A stretch of 64,000 bases of DNA, from contig CM059431.1 of assembly GCA_030390025.1 (NCBI GenBank), forward strand, positions 116,748,001-116,812,000, given 5' to 3'. This document shows, in pieces, positions 1-10,699 of this stretch. The stretch's first letter is position 1; each line of letters begins with the position of its first letter. The position numbers were made by a program, and so were the translations under genes. The notes under the pieces were generated by a model. The model did not search any database. It had not been told where the DNA came from and worked only from the letters and a program-made list of their open reading frames with translations. This stretch comes from Squalus acanthias (Eukaryota).

Positions 1-303
1 CTGTTCCAGTGCAGCTACAACACTGACATCTATTCGACAATGTGGAAAACTGCCCAGGTATGTCCTGTCCACAAAAAGCAGGACAAATCCAATCCGCCCA
101 ATTACCGTCCCTTCAGTCTACTCTCAATCATCAACAAAGTGATAGAAGGTGTCGTCGACAGTGCTATCAAGCGGCACTTACTTACCAATAACCTGCTCAC
201 CGATGCTCAGTTTGGGTTCCGCCAGGGCCACTCAGCTCCAGCCTTGGTCCAAACATAAACAAAAGAGCTGAATTCCAGAGGTGAGGTGAGAGTGACTGCC
301 CTT
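1..303 (+). mobile_element. CR1/L2-group non-LTR retrotransposon, RT fragment (runs off window start)
   Basis: ORF 40..258 WKTAQVCPVHKK..NYRPFSLLS..QFGFRQGHSA is the pre-RT/RT domain 1-2 region; it ends at the sequence encoding VRVTAL. Confidence 0.9.
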
Positions 304-1493
304 TTTTTTTTTTATTCGTTCATGGGATGTGGGTGATGCTAGCAAGGTCAGCATTTATTGCCCATCCCTAGTTGCCCTTGAGATGGTGGTGATGAGCCAC
401 CTTCTTGAACCGCTGCAGTCTGTGTGGTGAATGCACTCCCACAGTGCTGTTAGGGAGGGAGTTCCAGGATTTTGACCCAGCGACGATGAAGGATCGGCGA
501 TATCCTTCCATGTCAGGATGGTGTGTGACTTGGAGGGGAACTTGGAGGTGGTGGTGGTGTTCCCATGCGCCCGCTGCCCTTGTCCTTCTTGGTGGTAGAG
601 GTCGCGGGTTTGGGAGGTGCTGCCGAAGAAGCCTTTGCGAGTTGCTGCTGTGCATCTTGTAGATGGTACACATTGCATCCATGGTACGCCGGTGGTGGAG
701 GGAGTGAATGTTTAAGATGGTCGATGGGGTGACAATCAAGCGGGCTGCTTTGTCCTGGATGGTGTCGAGCTCCTTGAGTGTTGGAGCTGTGCTTATCCAG
801 GCAATTGGAGAGTATTCCAAAACATTCCTTACTTGTGCCTTGTAGATGGTGGTAAGGCTTTGGAGAGTCAGGAGGTGAGATACTTGCCGCAGAATACCTA
901 GCCTCTGACTTGCTCTTGTTGTCACAGTATTTATGTGGCTGGTCCAGTTAAGCTTCTGGTCAATGGTGACCCCCAGGATGTTGATGGTGGGGGATTTGGC
1001 AATGGTAATGCCATTGAATGTCAAGGGGGTGGTGGTTAGATTCTCGCTTGTTGGAGATATTCATTGCCTGGCACTTGTATGGCATGAATGTTATCTGCCA
1101 GTTATCAGCCCAAGCCTGAATGTTGTCCAGGTCTAATTACATGTGTGCATAGACTACTTCATTATCTGAGGAGTTCTGAATAACACTGAACACTGTGCAG
1201 TCATCAGCGAACATCCCCATTTCTGACCTTATGTTGGAGGGAAGGTCATTGATGAAGCAGCTGGAGATGGTTGGGCCTAGGACACTGCTCTGAGGAACTC
1301 CTGCAGCAATGTCCTGGGGCTGTGATGATTGAGCTCCAACCACCACAATCATCTTCCTTTGTGCTAGGTATGACTCCAGCCAGTGAAGCGTTTTCCCCCC
1401 AATTCCCATTGACTTCAGTTTTACTAGGGCTCCTTGATGCCACATTCGGTCAAATGCTGCCTTGATGTCAAGGGCAGTCACCCTCACCTCACC
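302..1493 (-). mobile_element. Same LINE family, RT C-terminal half plus 3' end with poly(A), inverted
   Basis: ORFs 1137..1487 (ALDIKAAFD, GVPQSSVLGP, MFADD) and 368..1024; poly(T) at 302-313 is the poly(A) tail on the minus strand. Confidence 0.92.
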
Positions 1494-1564
1494 ACCTTCT
1501 CAAGGGCAATAAAAGTGCTGGCCTTACCAGCGACGCCCACATCCCATGAACAAATACAAAAAAA
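1488..1564 (+). mobile_element. Second copy of the same LINE 3' terminus with A-tail
   Basis: caccttctcaagggcaat..gcccacatcccatgaacaaatacaaaaaaa matches the reverse complement of ~302-395. Confidence 0.85.
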
Positions 1565-1822
1565 CTATCTATTTTGAAGAAGATCAGGAGAGTTACCCCC
1601 GATGTCCTGGCCAATATTTGTCCCTCAACCACCATCACTAAAACAGATTATCTGGTCATTTTCACATTGCTCTTTGTGGGAGCTTGCTGTGTGCAAATTG
1701 GCTGCCATGTCTCCTACATTACAACAGTGATTACAGTTTCAAAAAATGTACTTCATTGGCTGTAAAGCTTTGGGACATCCAGTGGTCATGAAAGGCGCTA
1801 TATAAGTGCATATCTTTCTTTT
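1565..1822 (+). mobile_element. Deu-domain SINE, 3' half
   Basis: Body acagattatctggtcatt..gtgcaaattggctgc and tail gaaaggcgctatataa shared with copies at ~8 kb, ~17 kb and ~59 kb. Confidence 0.8.
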
Positions 1823-2884
1823 AGTGGTTAAATATACATTTTGCAATGATTGTATTCCTATCCTTTAAAATAAAGTCTAAATTCAAAACAATTTCTTCAT
1901 ACCTTTTGGCACTGTAGGATAAATTTTAAATTTTCACCCCTGGCATACTCCCATGAATGGAAAATACTCTGAGGTCCCCTTACCTCCATACTCGAATTAC
2001 TGATATACACGCCTGGTGGGTGAAGATCTGTAGCAGGAGTGCAAAATTCATAAAAGTGAAAGGTAAGGTTCATGAAGTCGAGCTCCTGGCGGGGAGCTTC
2101 AACTGGTGGGAGCACACGTCAGGAGTTCAGGCAAGGAGTTAGCAAACCCTACGGCATTTTTCATCCAATAATTTTAATGGATGGAAAATCCTATGGGACT
2201 ACGTGACCTCCAGCCCAAATGCGACGGGCAAGGAGCTGTGCCTTCTATCACAACATACCAGAAATATATGCACATCTTGCCCATGATTTTCCAAATTTAA
2301 TAGTGGACAGGACTTGCCCAAATTTCCAATATATCCTCCCAGCCGTAGAGCAGAATGAATATATAAAAATTACCCTATAAGCTTTAGCAGCCATTAAGGG
2401 ACTTCAGACAGAGGAACATATATCACATATTTGCCATTTTTGTCATTTCAGCATTATTTTGGATAGATATAAATTTATTTCCTATATAAGTTTGTTTCTG
2501 TCTTTCTTACTTTGTACATTACTTTTCTTTTGGTTTAGCTGGTTCAATAATACCCAACAGCCATATATCTACATTCAGAATATCATTTTACTGGGACAAA
2601 GTATTCTTATGTTTTGGTTCTAAGCTTCTGAGTAAATTATAATTTGATTGTAATTTAGGCACTGTTGCAATTCCTTATATGGTTTCATATTTTGCTCTAT
2701 ACAGTCATATTTGGTGATTATTTTAAAAAGTCAATTACATTTTCTGAGTGATTATTTGCACTGCATTTTTGACCCTCTCTGCGCATGCGCGCCCATTTGG
2801 TACCACACATGCGTACTAGATCTGGTCACGCATGCGCAGTACCAAACGGTGCAGTGGCTGCGGCCTGCACCGCCACATATCCCT

Positions 2885-3570
2885 CGGAGAAGTTCGGGGG
2901 GGTGGGGGGGCAGAGGATCAAAGGGGGGGGGGGGAAGATTGAAAGCGGGGGAGAATCAAAAGCGGGGGAGAGAGAGGGTCGAAGGAGTAGCCTTTGGGGA
3001 GCGCTCCAATTTGGTTCTAATTGCCGATGGCCCAACAAACGGGTGGGAGTTCCGGGCCAGGGGTAGTGGTGGGCCCGAACACTTGCAGAAGAAAATGATA
3101 TTGGGAGGCAAAAACTTTGACTGCCATCCTTGGTTGAATGGTGGGCATCCGTGCGTTTACCCCAAAAATTGTAGCCCTGTAACCAGGGCTTGAAAGAACC
3201 AGAGTATAATGATTCAAAGTGGCCCTTCGGTGGTGCTGTTTTTTTATAGCCTCAGTGTCTTATGCAGCCATAACTGAAACCCAACAGGTGTTTGTAATCC
3301 CAGTCAGATCTGCAATATCAGAGAGGCGAGGGAATCGAAGGGGGGAGAGAAGAAGGGATCGGAGGAGGGGTGAGAGGAGCTTGGAGAGAGAGGAGCTCGA
3401 CAAGAGGAGCTCGGAGAGGGTGGAGAAGGTCAGGAGCTTGGGGGGGGGGGGGAAGGTCAGGAACTCGGAGAGAAGGTCAGGAACTTATTGGGGGGGGGGG
3501 CGGGAGCATGGTGAGAAGAGTAGGGGGGGGAGGGGGAAGAACGCATTCCAGGTCTAAAGGAGGCCGGGGA
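2885..3570 (+). repeat. G/purine-rich low-complexity tract
   Basis: Several G8-G12 runs and GGAGA-rich repeats. Confidence 0.7.
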
Positions 3571-3699
3571 TGAAAACAAGAACGAGATCTAGATAAATCA
3601 CGTTCTCCCACCCTCTATTAGGCTTAGATCACATTCTTCCACCCCACCCCCTTTGCACGTGCACCATGTTCTCCCTCTCCTCCCCCCACCCCCAGGCCG

Positions 3700-3765
3700 C
3701 AACGGTTCAAGAAGGCAGCTCACCACCACCCTCTCAAGGGCAACTCAGGATGGGCAATAAATAAA
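3700..3765 (+). mobile_element. 3' tip of the poly(A) CR1/L2-group LINE
   Basis: cggttcaagaaggcagctcaccaccaccctctcaagggcaac..gggcaataaa matches the family 3' end. Confidence 0.75.
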
Positions 3766-3834
3766 TGATTTTTTAAAAATGAGAGCGTATTCTGTGTTGA
3801 CCCTACAACATGCATAACATTACATTTATGTGTT

Positions 3835-4135
3835 ATTTGCCGAACTCGACTATTCCAATGTTCTCCTGGCCGGCCTTTCATCTTCCACCCTCAATGAACT
3901 TGAGCTCATCTAAAACATTACTGCACGTATCCTAACACGCAGCAAGTCCCGTTCACCCGTCACCCCTGTGCTTGCTCTGCTGCGCGGCCGTGCGGCTGTC
4001 TGGAGGTGACATTCAGCTCGTTAAAGGGACTGCGCACACAAAATAAATTAGGGAACACATTGTCCACCAACACCTTGATTTTAATATTCTCATGCTCCTG
4101 TTAAAATCCCTCCATGGCCTCACCCCTTCCTATCT
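3835..4135 (+). mobile_element. L2 LINE 3' fragment, interrupted
   Basis: ctcgactattccaatg..cttgagctcatc..cacccctgtgct..ttgattttaa is homologous to 42848-43100. Confidence 0.7.
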
Positions 4136-4230
4136 GAACTCGGCAGTGTGAGCGCTCCTAACCCAGCAGTGTTAGCAGTGAGCGCTCTGGAGCTGGATGT
4201 CAATGAACAGATTGAATTACACATTACAAA

Positions 4231-4289
4231 AGTGAGAAGTCACACAACACCAGGTTATAGTCCAACAGTTTTATTTGAAATCACAAGCA
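4231..4289 (-). mobile_element. 59-bp Penelope-like 3' fragment with 13-bp TSD
   Basis: Matches the 3' end of the elements at 24.9 kb and 54.3 kb; TSD TACACATTACAAA at 4218-4230 and 4290-4302. Confidence 0.88.
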
Positions 4290-4660
4290 TACACATTACA
4301 AAGATTTTGATTACTCAGATCTAATTACACATTCCAGACAAACTGCTGGGTGTGGCTTATCCTCCAAGGGGACCAATCAGAAATCTGGTCTTGTCCTCCA
4401 AGGGGACCAATCAGAACTTTGGTGTTACAAATAGTTACAGCCTGAAATTTTACTATGTAGTGACAAGTGTTGTCCTTTGCTGTAAAAAAGTGTCACCGTT
4501 AGAAAATCCTTGCTAAAATCATTTTTCTCAGTGACAGTAATTGGAGCAGTAAGTATGGTTTGTCAATTTAAGTCAAAATCTATTTGTTGTTATTTGTTAC
4601 TTAACCATTTAAATTAACAAATATATATTTCACTAATGGTTACCGTCTAAGTTAGACAAT

Positions 4661-5304
4661 GGCCCGTAATTTCCGATAGGAGGCTTCCTGCGTGCGGATG
4701 CCTCCTATCGGAAAAAAATCTACGCTCTTACCTGAGGGCTCCCGAGGTCCGGACACTTCCGCTCCTGGGCCGCTCCACAGTCGAAATGCGCAGGGCCCAC
4801 GTATCCCCGGGGGCGCATGTGGTTCGCAAGCGTCCCTGGGATCACGTGGGCCAGGCCGTCAAAAGTATGAATGGAGATCACCCCAAAAACACATCAAAAC
4901 ATTAAATACATTTTTTAAAAACCCATCACGTTTTTAAAATGAGTTAAAATTACATTAAATTAAATATTTTAAACAAAAATTTTATTTTTTGAAAAAATAA
5001 TTAACGTTTTTTACCGGGCTAAAAATAAACTTACCATTTTTAAAAGTATTTTAAAATTATAAATGAGTGAAATTTTTTTTTTTTTACTTTTTTTTCAACT
5101 CTTATGCTGGTAAAAGCAGGACTTAAGATTTTTAAGTGTTTTCAGCAGGCGGAGGTTCTGCAGAAAGAGGAACTATCCGCCTGCAGAGGCCCTTCTCCAG
5201 GGCAGGCGTGTAATGTGTCAAGAGCATTCTTGACAGATTGGAAATGCCGGTTTTCAGCGCATGCGCTTCGCATGCCTGGAACCGGCATTTCCGATGTCCC
5301 TATG
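4661..5304. mobile_element. Harbinger-type MITE family A, right end missing
   Basis: Colinear with 41805-42558; GC-rich ends and AT-rich core. Confidence 0.8.
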
Positions 5305-5307
5305 GTA

Positions 5308-7628
5308 GACCGTGATTTTGCAAATGGATGCGGCTTGGGAGCGGGTTAGCTGGTTTCTGGGTTCCAGTCCTGCCCCCAACTGCATCCGGCCACCGGACGT
5401 GATTTTACGTCGATTGGCCTTGTTAAGCCCGCCCTGCTCCCTTGTAAGGTTTCCAAAATTTGCAGATCCCCAAAACCTAAGGAAAAAGGACTTTGGAACT
5501 ACCTCAGAGTGATAATATTGTATTTGAGCCTAACCTAAGAGACTGTAAGACCAAAAACCAAGTTTTGGCATTTTAAAACTATGACTGGGCCTGTAAAGGA
5601 ACAAGAGGTGGGTTCAACCTCTGTAAAAGCAGTTTTGGGTATTGCAGTTAATTGCAATGTCTGGGGAACCGGGATGACCTCGCTCAAAGCCCCAGCAAGC
5701 ATTAACATTTTGACAATAAACCCTAGGAGAAGACAGTCCCACCCAAAACAACAGGTCCCATCAAACCGATTACAGGGCCCATCAGGAAACATGCATAATA
5801 CAGAGCATCCAGGACTAGGCTATAGATCAGCCTAGGAACCCAAAACACGAAACCAATCACCAGTGATCAGCCAAGAAGATCGACAGGATGCAAACCATCC
5901 CAAAACCCATTTGACACTTACAGAGCAGTTACTGGTAGCAGGCCCGCCAAATTCAGACAATGAACTGAACAGATTTGGTGGGTAGATAAGGCCATATTCA
6001 ATGGGTGAGATTGAAGGCCTGTTAAGACCCAGTTAACGTGCTAGTAAATCGTTACCGATTTACGAGCCCGCCAAAACTAGACAATGAACAGAGTAGAATT
6101 GGCGGGTAGGTAAGGCCACTTCAATTCTGTATAATTGAAGGCCCACCAAGCACACACCAAGAGGAAGAGAGAGAGACAGCACAGTCCAAAGTTGGGGGTC
6201 GAGCAGTCAGTCGCAACCGGTAGTCATCAGAAAGAGGAGAGACCAAGAAGAAGAAGGCCCGAGCTGGAAGCGTGTTGGCATCGCTCACCACTCAGACACA
6301 CCGGAGTCCAGCTCGTGAAGACACCACCTCGACGGACCTCCAACACCGTCACCCGGAGCAACAAGCAGCAACAAGTTACCGACGGCTCCATGAGGTCGAC
6401 CGACACACAAAACAAGGCCTAAAGCCATCGCGGAAACCAAAGGCCTCACGAAACCAACAACCGCGCATTACCCCCAACTGACCAGGTAATAGCAGGCCAC
6501 TGCGACCAACAAAGACCAACTCCAGGGAAGAAAACCCAAAGAATCGCAAAGTTTCCACACTACAAACTACTCCTGACTTACTCCTGGGTAAGATTTTCCC
6601 CAAAGACTCTAAGCCCTGCTGCTAAACTAAAGAAATTGGTTACTCACCAGATAAATCCACAACGACATCCTACTGCATCAGCGGACTCGCGAAGACTGAC
6701 CAGAGACCCAGGTGAAGTCCTCTACCGCGTACGGGGTACGGCAGACACTAACCACCATAAATAGCGAACCCCAAAACCGCAATTTAGCCCAACTGTCAAA
6801 GGATTGGTGAACATTATCCCTGGTCCTTCAAAACCTAACTTAGCTAGTAAAGTGGGGTTGGGAGGGGTGAAGTATTGTTCTACTGTCATTTCCCTCGCTT
6901 GTACCGAAGTGTTCCCCACCTTTAGAGTGATAAGAGTGTTATTATTTGTGTCTTACCTTTTAATAAAGATTGAAGTTCTTTCATCAAACTCAGTTGTCTG
7001 CTGCACCTTTTGTATCACAACCCCCAAATAAGTCAAAGGTCTAGAACCATAGGAGTGGGAGCGATTCGAACCGCTCAGAAGTCAGAGGTAAAGCTGACAC
7101 AAACCACCATCCCCTACACCCTCCATAGGCTACAACAGATGGCAGCTGCAGGTGAAGTTACAGAAGCGACCTGGCACTGGTGAGAGAGGTTCTCCCAATG
7201 AGGTGGGACTGGACAGCCAATTCAAAACTTGTTACCTACAGAAAAGTGTAAATGCATTAAAAATGATTTTCCCAACATTTTCTTACCTCTAAAACTCACC
7301 AGTGCACCATTGGATCCTTCACACCACTTCTGCAGCTGTCATCAATGCAGAAACATTACAGCAGACTCACAACACGACACACTTACCTGGCGTGGTGTCC
7401 GGACTTCGAGGAACCCGAGGCAGAAGCGGCAAAATTGAAAAAGAGCCTGTTAACAAGTATCAAGTACCTGTTAACAGGCAGGTAAGTGGTTATAATCCTC
7501 TTCCCGCCACTAGGTGTCGGGTCCATGCGCAAATCGGGGACCCGACACTTGGGAAGATTGATTAGTGGTGGGTTGACAGCGGGTCCCGCCTCCAATCCTG
7601 TACTCTGAGGACCGGCAAAATTCCGGCC
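5308..7628. mobile_element. Non-autonomous Harbinger family B, split by a solo LTR
   Basis: TIRs GACCGTGATTTTGC / GCAAAATTCCGGCC; GTA TSD at 5305-5307 and 7629-7631; both halves align to 53205-54063. Confidence 0.85.
5443..7118 (+). mobile_element. Solo LTR (ERV or Gypsy type), 1676 bp
   Basis: TGTA...TACA termini; CCCT TSD at 5439-5442 and 7119-7122; AATAAA near 6962; internal direct repeats; no gag/pol. Confidence 0.85.
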
Positions 7629-7964
7629 GTAGAATCTAAAAGGTGCTATTATGCTACTGGTACTGGTTTTAAGATCATATCTGCTTAATGTAATGTGGAG
7701 ATGGCAGTACTGACTTATACTGGTCTCCCATGACCTTCTCTGACCAGGTAGTGCTGAGGTCACAGGTATCCACAAGCCACCTAATGTTGTTAGGAAGCTT
7801 GGGTTTTTGCCAACATTAAACAACATAGAACATGAAGATCGAAGAGGTTCCAACAGGTGGTCAATTTTACTACAGCCAGTGCAAAGCCAAAGCAGTTGGA
7901 GACTGTATCCTCAAAGTGGTCTAACATCCAGAATTTCATCTTGCTGGCTTTAGTCCATGTTATA

Positions 7965-8360
7965 AAAGCACTTTACAGCCAATGAAGTACTTTTTGAAGT
8001 GGAGTCACTGTTGTAATGTGGGAAATGCAGCAGCCAATTTGAACACAGCAAGCTCCCACAAACAGCAATGAGATAATGACCAGATAATCTGTTTTTGTTA
8101 TGTTGGTGGAGGGATAAATATTTGTCAGGACACAGGGGATAACTCCCCTGCTCTTCTTTGAAATAGTGCCATGGGAGCTTTTACGTCCACCTGAGAAAGC
8201 AGACGGGGCCTCCGAAAGATGGCACCGCCGAAAATACAGCACTCCCTCAGCACTGCACTGGAGTGTCAGCCTAGCTTTACATGCTCAAGTTCCTGGAGTG
8301 GGACTTGAACCCACGACCTTCTGACTCTGAGGCCTGTGCGCTACCAACTGAGCCACTGGC
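7965..8360 (-). mobile_element. Near full-length tRNA-headed Deu-domain SINE
   Basis: Minus strand has box A TGGCTCAGTTGG and box B GGTTCAAGTCC, followed by the shared SINE body. Confidence 0.88.
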
Positions 8361-9064
8361 TGACACGACATACTACATAGTTTGTGCTGGTGCTTAGCTG
8401 AAAACACTTTGCATCAATGTAAACTGTGTGGTATGGTAGGCCGAGAAGTGGCTAAATGGTTAAAGGAGGTGATCCAGTAGCTTTGGAGAAGAAATTTACT
8501 AATATTGCATAAAATTGGTTAAACCTACCAAAGAAAGTTGTGATGTATTTTATCTGCTCTCCCACAAAGGTGAAGGCCTGTCCGGACCAACTCATGCTGG
8601 GTATATATCAGTTCCTCCCAACCTCAAGTGTGAATGCCTACAGGAAATGTCTGACATAAGATAACAAATTTCCTATTGTCCCAGATTGTTCTGGTTAACA
8701 GTTTCAGTGGCTGCTCATTAACTCTCAGCTGAGCTCACTAACATATCAATCCCAATGGCTCAGCATGTCGCTGTCAGGTGGATTTCAAACCTTTGTGAAC
8801 TCACTTTAACTTAAAGCAACACTGCAACATAAATCATATCCAAATCCTTTCCACAAAAAATGCTCAAAAATAATGAAACACAACACTTGCCAATAGTAGT
8901 GCCTCTTGAGGCATTCTCATATATTAACACTGACTGTGGTCATAGAAAGATCCATGAATTGTGCAGTGATACAATATCAGTTTGGCTCAGTGGTAACATG
9001 TTTGCCTCTGAGTCAGAAGCCTGCAGATTGAAGGACCATTTCAAGTCCTGAGCTCAAAACATAG

Positions 9065-9240
9065 TCGTTTCTCAATCCCTCCACTGATTCCAACCCTCTG
9101 GCCACTCTATCAGGCTGAACCAGACTGTTTGCTACCTTGGTGTCCTGTTTGACCGTGAGCTGAGCTTCTGACCCCATATCTTTTCCAACACAAAGATCGC
9201 CTATTTCCACCTCTGTAACATCGTCCACCTCTGACCCTAC
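9065..9240 (+). mobile_element. L2 LINE fragment, preceded by a SINE head near 8975-9060
   Basis: ccttggtgtcctgtttgacc..tgagcttc..cctatttccacctctgtaacatcg resembles an L2 ORF2 segment. Confidence 0.6.
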
Positions 9241-9399
9241 TTCAGAGTTTGCAATTGATGAGGAAATGGTGCCTCTTGCTCTCCGACTTCTGAAGACTGA
9301 TTTGTAATATAGATCGGTAATGTATTCTCCATCAAACTATTCCTACTTCCCATCGCGCTGCAAAAAAAGGCAAGCTACTTTCGCACAATAAAAGATACA

Positions 9400-10090
9400 A
9401 GGCTAGAAATTTGGCTCCATAGTGGCTGGTTTTTCGGTGCTACAGGTGCCATTTTGTATCCAAAATGGCGTCCGTGCCGCTTGCCACAATTCTAGTGCAG
9501 TGCACGCCGGACGCTATTTTGCTAAAGGCCAAACAAGGGGTGTCCTTTACCCACATCTGAAGCAGGCGTTAGGCCATTAATATATGTAAATAAGGCGCCT
9601 AATGCCTGCTTCTGTCTTGCAACTTTGGTTTGTGTCTGAGGACGCCAGCACAGTGCGGAGTGCCTTCGGGAAAACCAATGCTAAACAGCATGGAACTAAA
9701 ATAATCACTGCCGCTCCCAGTCTCCGAGATTGCTGACCTCACTCCCGACTCTGACCGCCAGACCCCCACGAACTCCCCCCGGGCCCCGGGCCCGACCTCC
9801 TAGCGCCCACCCCCCCCACTCGACAGCACTCCTGACCCCCCAACAATGCTCCAGACCCCCGCAATCTTCTTCCCCAACTCCCGACAGCCCCTCCAATCGC
9901 ACTCTGAGACCCAGCCGTTCCTCCTCCAGACCACCGCGATCCTACCCAATCACTTACCTGAAAATTAGCGCACAAACCTGTGTGGGCTCCTACCACTGTT
10001 CCATCTACATGATAAATGAGGTCCAATTGAGGCCCAAAATCCGGGGCTCCTCGGACCTCCCCATTTGAATGGGGGCCAAATTTCTAGGCC
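9400..10090. mobile_element. Harbinger-type MITE
   Basis: TIRs AGGCTAGAAATTTGGCTCC / GGGGCCAAATTTCTAGGCC; imperfect 3-bp TSD (ACA/GCA). Confidence 0.75.
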
Positions 10091-10699
10091 GCAGTGTTTT
10101 CCTTATTTTCTTCACAACTGGTATATCTAATAACTGAACACATGATGCTTACTTATGCCTGACTGCACAATGTGTCATATTTTGGTCACAGTCCCATTGA
10201 CTGTTCTGGTGATAAATGTCGTAGATTGACCCTGAAGAATGCCATCCTGTTACTCAGTAAACATTGCTATCAATATCTTTAAATCTAGTTTGAAGTCTGC
10301 GTTGGTTGAGTGTGTATATCCAAACAATATGGCAGCAGAAAAGATTACCACAGACAATGTTACTAATATCTTGAAAGCTATTGAGGAAGGTGATTACAAT
10401 GCCTACACTGCTTTTCACTTTTGCTAAGTTTTGGTCCTAAGCAATATTCTGCACAACTCTAAACGAGCAGTGAATTTTCAGGCTGATGGAACAAGTATCT
10501 CAACTTGCATGAAGTGTTATTTGGATGTCTGAAGTGCTGAAGTGTACAGCTTGAGAAATATATGTCAGGATGCAGATAGCTGAATTTAGCAGAGACAAGT
10601 GTTATTTTTACACGGCGGATTTGGAGCAGTAATACCACTCCTGAGAAGTTTACTGCTGTTAGCAAATAGGAAATTCACAGGAACCATTTAATGGGCCAC

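Noticed and set aside
2711..3573. Gly/Arg-rich ORFs
   Set aside because: By-products of G-rich low-complexity sequence.
8290..8360. tRNA gene
   Set aside because: The A and B boxes run directly into the SINE body, so this is a SINE head.
10289..10389. Possible host coding exon (LKSALVECVYPNNMAAEKITTDNVTNILKAIEE)
   Set aside because: Weak splice signals, no recognisable family and no partner exons.
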